Shown: one piece after another, positions 1 to 9,855 of the stretch
Position numbering within the stretch: position 1 is the first letter of the stretch
Layout: each line of letters opens with the position of its first letter
Origin: an uncultured delta proteobacterium
GTDB lineage: Bacteria; Myxococcota; Myxococcia; Myxococcales; Myxococcaceae
Direction of reading: 5' to 3'
Assembly: GCA_963776345.1 (NCBI GenBank)
Contig: CAVZMH010000019.1
Span: 312,884-376,883 of the forward strand
Length of the DNA: 64,000 nucleotides
Program-made: the position numbers and the translations under genes
Notes under the pieces: model-generated
What the model was told of the DNA's origin: nothing
The model's database searches: none
Seen by the model: the letters and a program-made list of their open reading frames with translations, nothing else

Positions 1-146
1 GCGAGCGCACCCCCGCCCGGCGCTCGCACCTCGCCGCGGGGGAGCCGCGCCGGGACGAACAGTCCGCCATCCGGCGCCGTGCCCCGGAGCAGCGCGTCCG
101 CCAGCGGCAGGTCCGCCACCCCGCCGCGGGTGCTCCCGACGTTCAC
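1..146 (-). CDS. thrC: Threonine synthase, N-terminal part (truncated by window edge)
   Basis: Manual translation from a GTG at 146 (overlapping the thrB stop) gives MNVGSTRGG...ADALLRGTAPDGGLFVP, the typical ThrC N-terminus. Confidence 0.85.
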   Translation of the reverse strand, partial: MNVGSTRGGVADLPLADALLRGTAPDGGLFVPARLPRGEVRAPGGGAL

Positions 147-1069
147 CCCACCACCCTCGCCGCCGGCGCGGCGACGGGCGAGATCCACACGTCGCAGTCG
201 ATGAACGCCGACCGGAAGGCCTGCTCCATGGCCGCGGCGATCCGCTCCGCCCGGTCCTTGGTGCACCAGGCGAAGACGCTCGGGCCGCCGCCGGAGATGC
301 TCGCCCCGAGCGCGCCCTCCTCGAGCGCGGCGGCCTTCACCGGCCCGAAGCCGCCGACCAGCGGCGCCCGCAGCGGCTCCACCAGCACGTCGCGCAGCCC
401 GGCGCGGATGCAGTCGAGGTCGTTGCGGTAGCACCCGGCGAGCACCAGGGCGAGGTTCGCGCTCTGCTCCACGAACTGGGGCAGCTCGAACGGCAGCCTC
501 AGGACGGCCCGCGCGGTCTTGGTCTCCAGGATCTGGTGGGGATGCACCAGCACGCAGGTCAGGCCATCCGGCACGGGGATCGGGACCAGCCGGTGGTGCG
601 TGGCCAGCGCCAGCCCTCCGAGCAGCATCGGGCCCACGTTGTCGCCGTGCTCCGCGCCGCTCGCCGCCGACTCGCCGATCATCGCGCACTGGTACAGGAC
701 GTCCATCGGCGCCGGCCGCTCGAGCACCGCGTTCGCCGCGACCAGGGCCGCGACGCACGAGGCCGCCGAGCCCCCCATCCCCGAGCCGAGCGGGATCCCC
801 TTCTCGATCGTCACCTCGAAGCCGTGGGTGAGCCCCAGCCGTCCGCGGAGCGCGAGCAGCGCCCGGCCCGCGGTGTTCTTCTCGGCGTCCATCGGCAGTC
901 CGACCACCACACCCCCGATGGCGGCGATTCGCACCTCGGGTGCATCGATGCGCTGGACGGTCACCCGGTCCGACGGACCGACGATGGCATGGCCGAGGAT
1001 GTCGAAGCCCACGCCGACGTTGCCCACCGAGGCGGGAGCGGCGGCGGTGGCCCGCAGAGAGCGTTCCAT
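143..1069 (-). CDS. thrB: Homoserine kinase
   Basis: PASVGNVGVGFDILG, GHMP motif IPLGSGMGGSAAS, HGDNV, ISGGGPS; start trimmed to ATG 1069. Confidence 0.93.
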   Translation of the reverse strand: MERSLRATAAAPASVGNVGVGFDILGHAIVGPSDRVTVQRIDAPEVRIAAIGGVVVGLPMDAEKNTAGRALLALRGRLGLTHGFEVTIEKGIPLGSGMGGSAASCVAALVAANAVLERPAPMDVLYQCAMIGESAASGAEHGDNVGPMLLGGLALATHHRLVPIPVPDGLTCVLVHPHQILETKTARAVLRLPFELPQFVEQSANLALVLAGCYRNDLDCIRAGLRDVLVEPLRAPLVGGFGPVKAAALEEGALGASISGGGPSVFAWCTKDRAERIAAAMEQAFRSAFIDCDVWISPVAAPAARVVG

Positions 1070-1121
1070 TCCCCGGAGCCTAGTGCGCGAGGGCGTGACG
1101 GGTCTGCTACCCTTGGGAGCA

Positions 1122-2162
1122 ATGCACAGCGAGCAGGCCCTCCGGGACCAGGTGGCGCTCGCCACCGGTCGTCCGCAGGACGGGGCCCCGGTCCTCCAGC
1201 TGAAGGGTGACGCGAGCAACCGCTCCTACCTCCGTGTCGGGCGCTGGCCGGACAGCCACGTGGTGATGGTGATGCCACCCGGTCCCCAGAGGAGCGAGGA
1301 GGCCAGCAAGGGCGGGCCTCCGGACGAGCTCCCCTTCCTCAACGTGCAGCGTTACCTCGAGGGCCTCGGGGTCCGTGTCCCGCGCATCCTCCGGTACGAC
1401 CCCGCCGTGGCGATGATGGTCCTCGAGGACCTCGGCAACGTCACCTTCGAGCGGGCGCTGGAGGGGATCTCGCGCGAGGCGCTCTACGGCCGCGCGGTAG
1501 ATCTCCTGGCCCGGATGCGCGCCGCGGCCGAGGCGCGGCCCGACCCGCGCTGCCTCGCCTTCACCCGGGCCTTCGACGAGGAGCTCTACACCTGGGAGCT
1601 CCACCACTTTCGCGAGTACGGCCTCGAGGCCTGGAGCGGACGGGTGCCCACCACGGCCGAGCGCGCGCAGCTCGAGCGCGCCTTCGCCGGGATCGCCGGA
1701 CGCCTCGCCGCGGCGTCTCGGGGCTTCACCCACCGCGACTACCAGAGCCGGAACCTCATGGTGACCGGCGGCGAGCTGGTGGTCATCGACTTCCAGGACG
1801 CGCTCCAGGGCCCGTGGCAGTACGACCTGGTCGCCCTCCTGCGCGACAGCTACGTCGAGCTCGCGCCGGAGCTGGTGGAGGCGATGATCGACCGCTGGCT
1901 CGCCGAGTACGCGCGCGCCTCGGGCCGCACGCTCCAGCGGCCAGAGTTCAGGCGCTTCTTCGATCTGCTCACCGTGCAGCGCAAGCTGAAGGACGCGGCG
2001 CGGTTCGAGTTCATCCACCGGGTGAAGAAGAATCCGGGTTTCCTCCCCTCGATCCCCGCCTCGCTCCGCTACGCCCGCGCGGCGATGGAGCGGCTGTCCG
2101 ACGACCCGGACGTGGTCGCGCTCCGCGAGGTGGCCGTGCGCTACGTCCCCGAGCTGCGCTGA
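1122..2162 (+). CDS. amgK: Aminoglycoside-phosphotransferase-family anomeric sugar kinase (AmgK-like)
   Basis: GDASNRSYLR, HRDYQSRNLM, VIDFQDA, YDLVALLRD; stop/start overlap with a nucleotidyltransferase. Confidence 0.8.
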   Translation: MHSEQALRDQVALATGRPQDGAPVLQLKGDASNRSYLRVGRWPDSHVVMVMPPGPQRSEEASKGGPPDELPFLNVQRYLEGLGVRVPRILRYDPAVAMMVLEDLGNVTFERALEGISREALYGRAVDLLARMRAAAEARPDPRCLAFTRAFDEELYTWELHHFREYGLEAWSGRVPTTAERAQLERAFAGIAGRLAAASRGFTHRDYQSRNLMVTGGELVVIDFQDALQGPWQYDLVALLRDSYVELAPELVEAMIDRWLAEYARASGRTLQRPEFRRFFDLLTVQRKLKDAARFEFIHRVKKNPGFLPSIPASLRYARAAMERLSDDPDVVALREVAVRYVPELR

Positions 2163-3136
2163 TGCCGCCGGGCTCCAGAGCCTTGGTCCTCGCCGCGGGA
2201 TTGGGCACGCGCCTCCGCCCGCTGACCGAGGCGTTCCCCAAGCCGGCGGTGCCGTTTCTCGGCGCCCCGTTGCTCCGCCGGACGTTCGCCGTGCTGGCGA
2301 GGGGCGGCGTGGACCGCGTCGCGCTCAACACTCACCACCTCCCGGAGGCGATGGCGCAGGTCGCGCGCGAGGAGGGCGCCCGGCGCGGGCTCGCCGTCGT
2401 CACGGTCCACGAGCCGGTCATCCAGGGCACCGGCGGGGGGCTGCGGGGCCTCGCCCGGGCGCTCCCGGGAGACGACGTGGTCGTGGCCTGGAACGGCGAC
2501 ATCCTCTTCGCCCCGGACCTCGGGCGGCTGCTCGAGGTGCATCGGGCCTCGGGCGCGGCAGCGACGATGGTGCTCTTGCCCATGCCCCCCGGCCGGAGCT
2601 ACGGCGTGGTGGAGATCGACGGAGCGGGGAGGGTGCGGCGCATCGGCCGGGCGGCCGCGGCGCCGCTGCCCGGCTGCACGCCGTGGCACTTCAGCGGCGT
2701 ACATCTCATATCGCCGCGGGTGTTCGAGGTGATGGCTCCCGCGGGGCCCGAGGACATCAACCACGACGTCTACCCGCGGCTCTTCGCGTCGGGCGCGGTG
2801 CGCGGCGTGGTCGTCGACGCGGCCTGGTCCGACCTGGGCTCCCCGGCGACGTACCTCGAGGCGCAGGCCGACCTCCTGCTCGGCCGCGTGCCGGATCCGC
2901 TCGGGCCGGAGTCGCCGCTCGCCGGACGGACCGGGATCGAGGCGCTGGTGGAGAAGGGCGCCCGGGTCCACCCGTCGGCCGAGCTCTCGCCGGACGTCTT
3001 CGTCGCCAGCGGCGTCGAGGTGCCCGCCGGCGCGCGCATCCGACGGAGCGCGCTGCTCGCGGGAGCCGTGGTGCGTCCGGACGAGGCCGTGAAGAACCAG
3101 ATCCGCTGGTCCGGCGGAACGCTCCAGGCGGGCTGA
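2162..3136 (+). CDS. NDP-sugar nucleotidyltransferase (MurU-like)
   Basis: LVLAAGLGTRLRPLT...PKP and NGD motifs; TGATG coupling to the amgK-like gene. Confidence 0.8.
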   Translation: MPPGSRALVLAAGLGTRLRPLTEAFPKPAVPFLGAPLLRRTFAVLARGGVDRVALNTHHLPEAMAQVAREEGARRGLAVVTVHEPVIQGTGGGLRGLARALPGDDVVVAWNGDILFAPDLGRLLEVHRASGAAATMVLLPMPPGRSYGVVEIDGAGRVRRIGRAAAAPLPGCTPWHFSGVHLISPRVFEVMAPAGPEDINHDVYPRLFASGAVRGVVVDAAWSDLGSPATYLEAQADLLLGRVPDPLGPESPLAGRTGIEALVEKGARVHPSAELSPDVFVASGVEVPAGARIRRSALLAGAVVRPDEAVKNQIRWSGGTLQAG

Positions 3137-3316
3137 GGCGGGAACAGGGGCGCAGCCCCTCGAGCTCCCAACTGCTCGCGACGTGGGGCGCTGCCGCCCA
3201 CTCGGCGCCCCTCCGGCTCCATTCACCGGCCCCGATGACCGCTCGCCGGTCCGTCTTGCGCACGGCGTCCGCCTCCGCTTCGATCGCCGAGGACTCAGGG
3301 AAGGGGAGATGCGCTC

Positions 3317-3799
3317 ATGCAGATGCCCACGCCGACCGAGGAGCACCGGAAGCTCCACCGCCTCGCAGGGAGCTGGACCGGGGAGGAGACGCTCCAGCCG
3401 TCCCCGTGGGGTCCGGGCGGTCCAGCCGTCGGACGGATCGCCGCGCAGGTCGCGCTGGACGGCCTGTTCGTCGTCTCCGACTACGTGGAGGAGAAGGACG
3501 GGAAGGTCGTGTTCCGGGGACACTCGGTCTTCGGCTGGGACCCGTCCTCGAAGTCCGTCACCTGGTACTGGTTCGACACGATGGGAGCGAATCCCCCTTC
3601 GCCGGCTCGCGGCACGTGGGATGGAGACACCCTGGCTCTCGCCGTCACCACCCCGGGCGCCGAGGGTCGGTACACCTACCGCTTCCACGGAAGCGATCGC
3701 TACGAGTTCAAGATCGAGAGCTCGTTCGACGGCGGGAAGACCTGGGTGAAGTTCATGGAGGGCACGTACCGGCGCGCCGGGAGTGGGTCGTCCGCGTGA
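3317..3799 (+). CDS. DUF1579-like beta-barrel protein
   Basis: PTEEHRKLHRLAGSWTGEE, YWFDTMG, DGGKTW..MEGTY pattern; SD GGGGAG upstream. Confidence 0.7.
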   Translation: MQMPTPTEEHRKLHRLAGSWTGEETLQPSPWGPGGPAVGRIAAQVALDGLFVVSDYVEEKDGKVVFRGHSVFGWDPSSKSVTWYWFDTMGANPPSPARGTWDGDTLALAVTTPGAEGRYTYRFHGSDRYEFKIESSFDGGKTWVKFMEGTYRRAGSGSSA

Positions 3800-3878
3800 C
3801 GCAGGGGTGACGTTCCCGGCGCTTCGACCTCGACGAGTTGCGGTCGTCGGCCTTCGCGCCCATGGTGGTGCGACCGCC

Positions 3879-4719
3879 TTGATTCGCCTCGCCCACCTCA
3901 GCGACCTGCACCACCAGATCGACTGGCGGCGGCGCTCCCTCTGGAGCTCGGGCTGGCGCGGCGCCCCCGGGCGCTTCGAGCTCCACGCGCTCGGCCGGCT
4001 CCGCCGCTTCGCCGGGGTGGAGCAACGCATCGCCCGCCTGGTGGACCAGGTGCTCCGCCTCGCGCCGGACCGGGTCCTCCTCACCGGCGACCTGACCGCG
4101 CTCGGCGACGAGGCCGAGCTGCGCCACGCCAGGGCGCTGCTCGAGCCGTTCATCGCCGCCGGCTTGCTGGTGGTCATCCCCGGCAACCACGACCGCTACA
4201 CCGACGCGCGCTCGCCGGCGTTCGAGCGCGTGTTCGCGGACCTCCTGACCAGCGACCTCCCCGGGCTCGCCGACGCACGGGGCTACCCGTTCGTGAAGCT
4301 GGTGGGCGACCGCCACGCCCTGGTGGGCCTGGACAGCACGCGGGTCCAGGGCTGGGGCCACTACCTGCTCGGGCGGCTCGGGGCGAGGCAGCTCCGGGCG
4401 CTGGCCCGCGTGCTCGAGCACCCCGCGCTGGAGCGCCGCACCCTCCTCCTCCTCGCCCACCACGGACCGGCCGGCCCGTCCGGCGTCATTCGACTGGGGC
4501 GAGTCAGGGCTGGTCGACGCCGCGGCGCTGCTCCGGACCGTCCGGCACCGCCCGGTGGTGCTCCTCCACGGACACTCGCACCAGCGCTACTGGCACCGCG
4601 CCAGGGCCGGGCGGCCGCACCTCATCGCCGGCGGCAGCTCGACCGAGCGCGCGGGCTTCTGGGAGGTCCAGGTGGACGATCACTGCGCGCTGGAGGCGGT
4701 GGCCCACCCGCTCCGCTGA
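3879..4719 (+). pseudogene. Metallophosphoesterase (calcineurin-like) with one frameshift
   Basis: SDLH, TGDLT, PGNHD, AHH in one frame. After a +1 shift near 4486 the next frame gives FDWGESGL...LLHGHSHQR...HPLR* (stop 4717-4719). May be a sequencing error. Confidence 0.75.
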
Positions 4720-5357
4720 CGGCCGCGCAGCTCGGGGATCCAGAAGAACACCATGGCGATCGCCAGCGCCAGGAAGAGGCCGGCGAAGATGTCCACCAGG
4801 TAGTGCTGCTTGGTGGTGAGCGTGGATGCCGCCACCGCCGTGGCCCAGAGCAGGAAACCGCCGAACACCGCTGGCCGGTGCCGCCAGAGCGCGAACGCCG
4901 CCAGGTACGAGCCGGCCACGTGCATGCTGGGCAGGCAGCTGGTGGCCGCGTCCACCCCGCGGAGGCTCGCCAGGGCGCGCGCGCTCGCGCCGCCGCCGGC
5001 GATCGGGAACCACTCGCGGGGGAACACCGTCGGCCAGAGGAGGTGGACGAATGCCCCCACCACCAGGAGCGCGAAGTACGTCTTCACGTACCGCCTCACC
5101 TCCGGCCAGCCCATCTGGAGCATGAAGGCCGCCGCCACCAGCAGGTAGTCCGAGAAGTAGATCCATACCGTCCCGGGGAGGAAGGGGACCGCGGCGTCGG
5201 CGGCCGTCCACCAGAGCTGGCGCGGCGGGAACAGCTGGAGGTGGTTGGGGACCAGGTAGAGCACCGCGTTCATCAAAGTGGCCCCGAGCGCGATGAGCAG
5301 CTTCTGCCCCGCGCTGGGCGGCGGTGAACGCCGGTGGGAGGAGAAGACGTCCGTCAC
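4680..5357 (-). CDS. PAP2-family membrane phosphatase / phospholipid synthase-like protein
   Basis: Multiple TM helices; CLPSMHVA and TKQHYLVD motifs. Confidence 0.75.
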   Translation of the reverse strand: MTDVFSSHRRSPPPSAGQKLLIALGATLMNAVLYLVPNHLQLFPPRQLWWTAADAAVPFLPGTVWIYFSDYLLVAAAFMLQMGWPEVRRYVKTYFALLVVGAFVHLLWPTVFPREWFPIAGGGASARALASLRGVDAATSCLPSMHVAGSYLAAFALWRHRPAVFGGFLLWATAVAASTLTTKQHYLVDIFAGLFLALAIAMVFFWIPELRGRQRSGWATASSAQ

Positions 5358-6118
5358 TCGAGCCGGCAGCGGGCGAGGATGCAGGTGACGTTGTCGTTCC
5401 CACCGGCGGCGTTGGCCCGCTCGATGAGCCGGGTGCAGGCCTCCTCGAGGTCGGCGGTCTCGCGGAGCAGCTGCTCCATCTCCGCGTCGCTCACCATCCC
5501 CGAGAGCCCGTCGGAGCAGAGCAGGAACACGTCGCCGTCGATGGGCTCGAACCGCCCCACGTCCACCTGCACCGTGTCCTTCATCCCCAGCGCGCGGACG
5601 ATGACGTTCTTGTGAGGGAAGGCGTCGATCTCTTCCGGCGAGAGCTTCTTCGCCTTCAGGTAGTCGTTGAGCAGCGAGTGGTCCTCGGTGACCTGCTCCA
5701 GCTTCCCGTCCCGGAAGCGGTACACCCGGCTGTCCCCCACGTGACCGACGTAGACGGAGCTCTCGGCGATGTGCACCGTGGCGATGGTGGTCCCCATCCC
5801 CCGGTAGTTCGGGTCCCCGCTCGCCGCCTCGTAGATCCGGGCGTTGGCCAGCTTGATCCCGGTGGCCAGCCGGTTCTCGTCGTAGTTCCGCGTCTTGTCC
5901 ATCTTGAACGGCCAGGTCACGTCCGAGTCGGTCGAGGTGAGGCGGAAGAACTCGGCCAGCTCGTCGATGGCGATGCGGCTGGCGATCTCGCCGGCGAAGT
6001 GGCCGCCCATCCCGTCGGCGACGCAGTAGAGCCGCTGATCGGGCATCACGAGGAAGCTGTCCTCGTTGATGTTGCGCTTCATGCCGACGTGGCTCTTGCC
6101 TGCGACCTCGATGCGCAT
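5354..6118 (-). CDS. PP2C-family Ser/Thr protein phosphatase (Stp1/Pph1-like)
   Basis: NED, VADGMGGH, MGTT, HVGDSR, LCSDGL, GGNDN; start at ATG 6118. Confidence 0.93.
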   Translation of the reverse strand: MRIEVAGKSHVGMKRNINEDSFLVMPDQRLYCVADGMGGHFAGEIASRIAIDELAEFFRLTSTDSDVTWPFKMDKTRNYDENRLATGIKLANARIYEAASGDPNYRGMGTTIATVHIAESSVYVGHVGDSRVYRFRDGKLEQVTEDHSLLNDYLKAKKLSPEEIDAFPHKNVIVRALGMKDTVQVDVGRFEPIDGDVFLLCSDGLSGMVSDAEMEQLLRETADLEEACTRLIERANAAGGNDNVTCILARCRLE

Positions 6119-6180
6119 CCCGGAGTCGGGGAACGCTAGCAAAGCCCCGAGCGATGGATCAAAGACTCCCCGAACGACGC

Positions 6181-6660
6181 ATGGCGCTGCTCCGCTCCCC
6201 CTCTCCTCCGCTGCACGTGGTCCTGGTCTCGCCACGCATCCCGCCCAACACCGGGAACGTGGCCCGCCTGTGCGCGGTGACCGGCTGCCGGCTCGAGCTG
6301 GTCGAGCCGCTCGGCTTCTCCATCGCCGACCGGGACCTCAGGCGGGCCGGGCTCGACTACTGGGACAAGGTGTTCCTCGCGCTGCACGCCGACTGGGAGG
6401 CATACCTCGCGGCGAGCGCGGGCGTCCGGCGCTGGCTCTTCACCGGCCACGCCGCGCTGACGCACTGGGACGCGCCCTTCACTCCGGGTGACCACCTGGT
6501 GTTCGGGTCGGAGCCGGGGGGCCTGCCGCCCTACATCCTGGAGGGAGGTGAGGGCACCCCGGTGGCCATCCCCATGGCGCCGGGCGTTCGCTCCCTCAAC
6601 CTCTCCACCGCGGCGGGCATCGGGGTCTACGAAGCCCTCCGGCGGATCCGGCTAGAGTAG
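6181..6660 (+). CDS. trmL: tRNA (cytidine(34)-2'-O)-methyltransferase
   Basis: PRIPPNTGNVARLC, RRAGLDYW, FGSE, RSLNLS SPOUT motifs. Confidence 0.9.
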   Translation: MALLRSPSPPLHVVLVSPRIPPNTGNVARLCAVTGCRLELVEPLGFSIADRDLRRAGLDYWDKVFLALHADWEAYLAASAGVRRWLFTGHAALTHWDAPFTPGDHLVFGSEPGGLPPYILEGGEGTPVAIPMAPGVRSLNLSTAAGIGVYEALRRIRLE

Positions 6661-6673
6661 GGGGTCCCCACCG

Positions 6674-9439
6674 ATGGCTCGCCCCTCCCTCCCGCCCGCG
6701 GCCGAGGCGCTCTTCCGCGCGCAGCAGGACAAGAGCACCGGCTGGCTCACGCTCCTGTGCCGCGGACGCGAGGCCAAGCTCTATCTGCAGCACGGAGACC
6801 TGGTGGGTACACGGCTCGGGTTCGGCCATCAGACCGATGCCCAGGCGCTGCTCGCCGCGGGCGCCCTCGTCCCCCCGGCGCTCGACCTCCTCTGGTCGCG
6901 CGGGCAGCTCGGGGATCCGGCGCGGGTCTGCGAGGCCGCCGGGGTCGACCCGACGTCGGTCTCCGAGGCGCGGGCCCTGGCCTCGGTTCGCCGGGTGGCG
7001 ACGCTCGCCGAGGAGGCGAGCTTCATGCCCGCGCTGGTCGAGGTGACCTTCCCCCGCGTCCGTGGCGCCCGGGCGGTCCGCGCCGCCTTCGAGGCGTTGC
7101 CGCCGGTGCCCGCGACCTCGTGGGTGCGCTGCCGCGACGTGTCGGCGGCCGAGCCGTTCCTCGCCACCGCCGAGGAGCGCGCCTTCCTCGCCTCCCTCGC
7201 CGAGTTCCACACCGCCGAGGCGCTGTCCTCCGCCCAGTCGGCGCTGCTCCGCGCGCTCGAGCATGCCGGGCTGGTGGAGGTCCTCGGGCCCGAGGAGTGG
7301 GAGGCGCGCGCCGGGGAGGAGCGGGTCGAGGCCGCCCGCCGTGCCGAGGAGGAGTCCCGGCGGGAGGCGGCCCGGCTCGCTCTGGAGGCGGCGCGCGCGG
7401 CCGAGGAGCGCCGCCAGGCCGAGGTGCGCGGGCGCGCCGAGGCCGCCAGGAGGGCGCTCGAGGCGGCGAAGGCCGCCGAGGCCGCGTGGCGCCGCGCCCA
7501 GGGGAATGGGGACGCCGGCCCGCCGGTGGTGCATACCACCGAGCCCGAGTTCCCCGGTCCGCCCCCGCCCCGCGCCCGGACCACCGACCACGAGTTCCAC
7601 GCGCTCTCCGAGGAGATGCCTCCGCTCGAGCCGCCCGTCGCGGACGCGCCCGACGTCGAGGGCGACGAGGCGATGGTGCCGGTCATCACCCGCACCACCC
7701 TCCCGCCCTTCGAGCCGCCGGTGCAGAGCACCGACCCCATGGGGCTGCCGCCGGTCGCCGAGGGGCTCGGGGACGAGGACACCTTGGTGCGCGCCATGGA
7801 GTACGCGCGCGGACAGACGGACCCCTACGCCTCCGTGCCCGCGGCCCCCGGCCGGGTCCAGGCGCGCGGGGAGCCGCCTCCGCCCCCGCGCTCCGGGACC
7901 GACCCGTACGCCCCGGGCCTGGAGCCCGAGGCGCACCAGACGGACCCGTACGCCCAGCCGCTCTCGCAGGCCACGCCGCCCCCGTCGGCGGACGAGCTGC
8001 CCACGCCTCCGGCACGGCCCTTCATGTTCCCCCCCGCCGGGGCGACACCCACCCCGCCCACGGGGACGGACGACACCCGCACGCCTCCGGGCGGCATCAG
8101 GCTCGAGTCGGAGGAGCCGGTGCTCGAGCCCGACTCGCTCGCCCTCGCCGACCTGGAGCCGGCGCCCACCCCGGCCGCGGGAACGCTGGTCGACGAGCTC
8201 AGCGAGGCGCTCCGCCGGGCCGGCTCGGACGCACCCGCGGAGCTGTGGCGGACGCCGAGCACCGAGGCGGTGGGGAGCAAGCCCGCGGAGCGGACGCCGC
8301 TGCGGCTCGGGCCGGAGTCGGGGGAGAACGACGCCGACCTGTGGAGGCTGGTGAGCGAGAAGCCGGTGGAGCAGCCGGGCTCCTTCGAGGCCGCGCTCCA
8401 CCAGGTGGACGAACAGCTCGAGGCGCTCGCGGGCCTGGGCGCGGCCCCGACCGATCCGGACAACCCGAGCACCGTCCCCCTGGCCACCACGGACCTGGAC
8501 GCGCTGGTGAAGGCGTCGTTCGAGTCGGGCGAGTGGACGATGGCCCCGCCCGCCGCGCCGGACGAGAGCCCCGACGGCGGTCGCATCGGTCTGGCGGCGC
8601 TGAGCGGGACGCCGCCTCCCGCTCCGCCGTCGCCCGTCGCCGAGCCGCCCGAGCTGTCCGCCGCCCGCAGGCAGGCTCTCCTGCGCCAGGCGCGCGCCGC
8701 CGCCGAGCGCGAGCCCGTGGCCAGCATCCCCACCCCTCCGCCGCGCTCGCTGGAGGACGCGGAGCTGGCCGATGCCATCGAGGCCCGTCACGCCGCGCTC
8801 ACCCGCGACCCGGACCGGTTCGCGGTGCTGGGCCTGCCCCCCGAGGCGGGGCGGGACGACGTGAAGCGCGCGTTCATCGAGCTGGCCAAGGTGTTCCATC
8901 CCGATCGGCTGCCGCGCTCGCTGGCGATGCTCCAGCCCAAGACCGCGCGCGTCTTCGACGCCATCCGCGAGGCCCAGGAGTTCCTGCTCGACGACGTCCG
9001 CCGTGCCGAGCATGCCGCCACCCACGTCCGGAGCGGGCCGGGCCGGGCGAACGACCCGGCCGCAGCGTCGGAGGCGCTGGTCGCCGGGGAGATGGCGATG
9101 CGCAGGCGCGAGTACGCGCAGGCCGAGGCCTTCTTCCGGGAGGCCCACGAGGCCGACCCGCGCCCGGCCACCCTCGCCGCCGAGGCCTGGGCCATCTACA
9201 TGGACCCGTCGCGGAGGAGCGAGGCGCCGCGCGCCCGGGCGATGATGGTCGACGCCCTCAAGGCCGATCCGGACTGCGACCGTGCGCACTACCAGCTCGG
9301 GGTCATCGCCCGCGTGGAAGGCGACGTGGACCGGGCCGAGAAGCACTTCCGCGAGGCGGTACGCAGCAACCCGCGCCACCTCGAGGCCGCGCAGGAGCTG
9401 CGGTTGCTGGAGATGCGGCGCCGCCCGAAGAAGAAGTAG
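6674..9439 (+). CDS. DnaJ-domain and TPR protein with long Pro-rich linker
   Basis: J-domain FAVLGL...LAKVFHPDR followed by C-terminal TPR repeats. Confidence 0.8.
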   Translation: MARPSLPPAAEALFRAQQDKSTGWLTLLCRGREAKLYLQHGDLVGTRLGFGHQTDAQALLAAGALVPPALDLLWSRGQLGDPARVCEAAGVDPTSVSEARALASVRRVATLAEEASFMPALVEVTFPRVRGARAVRAAFEALPPVPATSWVRCRDVSAAEPFLATAEERAFLASLAEFHTAEALSSAQSALLRALEHAGLVEVLGPEEWEARAGEERVEAARRAEEESRREAARLALEAARAAEERRQAEVRGRAEAARRALEAAKAAEAAWRRAQGNGDAGPPVVHTTEPEFPGPPPPRARTTDHEFHALSEEMPPLEPPVADAPDVEGDEAMVPVITRTTLPPFEPPVQSTDPMGLPPVAEGLGDEDTLVRAMEYARGQTDPYASVPAAPGRVQARGEPPPPPRSGTDPYAPGLEPEAHQTDPYAQPLSQATPPPSADELPTPPARPFMFPPAGATPTPPTGTDDTRTPPGGIRLESEEPVLEPDSLALADLEPAPTPAAGTLVDELSEALRRAGSDAPAELWRTPSTEAVGSKPAERTPLRLGPESGENDADLWRLVSEKPVEQPGSFEAALHQVDEQLEALAGLGAAPTDPDNPSTVPLATTDLDALVKASFESGEWTMAPPAAPDESPDGGRIGLAALSGTPPPAPPSPVAEPPELSAARRQALLRQARAAAEREPVASIPTPPPRSLEDAELADAIEARHAALTRDPDRFAVLGLPPEAGRDDVKRAFIELAKVFHPDRLPRSLAMLQPKTARVFDAIREAQEFLLDDVRRAEHAATHVRSGPGRANDPAAASEALVAGEMAMRRREYAQAEAFFREAHEADPRPATLAAEAWAIYMDPSRRSEAPRARAMMVDALKADPDCDRAHYQLGVIARVEGDVDRAEKHFREAVRSNPRHLEAAQELRLLEMRRRPKKK

Positions 9440-9454
9440 CGCCCCCGGGGGGGG

Positions 9455-9796
9455 CTACGGGGCGTTCCGGACCCAGGCGTCGAGCGCCGCCCGCTCGTCC
9501 TTGCCCAGGCGCACGAACTCGATGCCCATGCCCGCCGGCTCCTCGGGACCGGGGAAGCGGCGAACCCAGGCCACCCGGGCCTGTGCCTGTACCGGCGCGG
9601 GGCGTCCGACGATCTGGAACTCGAGCGACAGCGTCTCGCCCGGCTCGAGCAACAGGTCTGATACGAGAAACGCCCCACCGGCAGACAGGTCCGCGCCGGA
9701 CAGCTCCAGAGCGCCGAGGCCGTCGGTTCCCCCGGCACGGAACTCCACCGAGAGCGACCGCCGCGCGTGCCGGCGCTTGTCCTCGTGGGTCAGCAC
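9455..9796 (-). CDS. Stand-alone PilZ-domain protein (myxobacterial TIGR02266-like)
   Basis: RRHAR (RxxxR), DLSAGG (D/NxSxxG), ARVAWVR, PAGMGIEF. Confidence 0.85.
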   Translation of the reverse strand: MLTHEDKRRHARRSLSVEFRAGGTDGLGALELSGADLSAGGAFLVSDLLLEPGETLSLEFQIVGRPAPVQAQARVAWVRRFPGPEEPAGMGIEFVRLGKDERAALDAWVRNAP

Positions 9797-9855
9797 GGGA
9801 CGAAGCCTGACCCGCGCGCCATGGGTGTCAAGGGCCTGCTAACCTCGCCCGGCCC

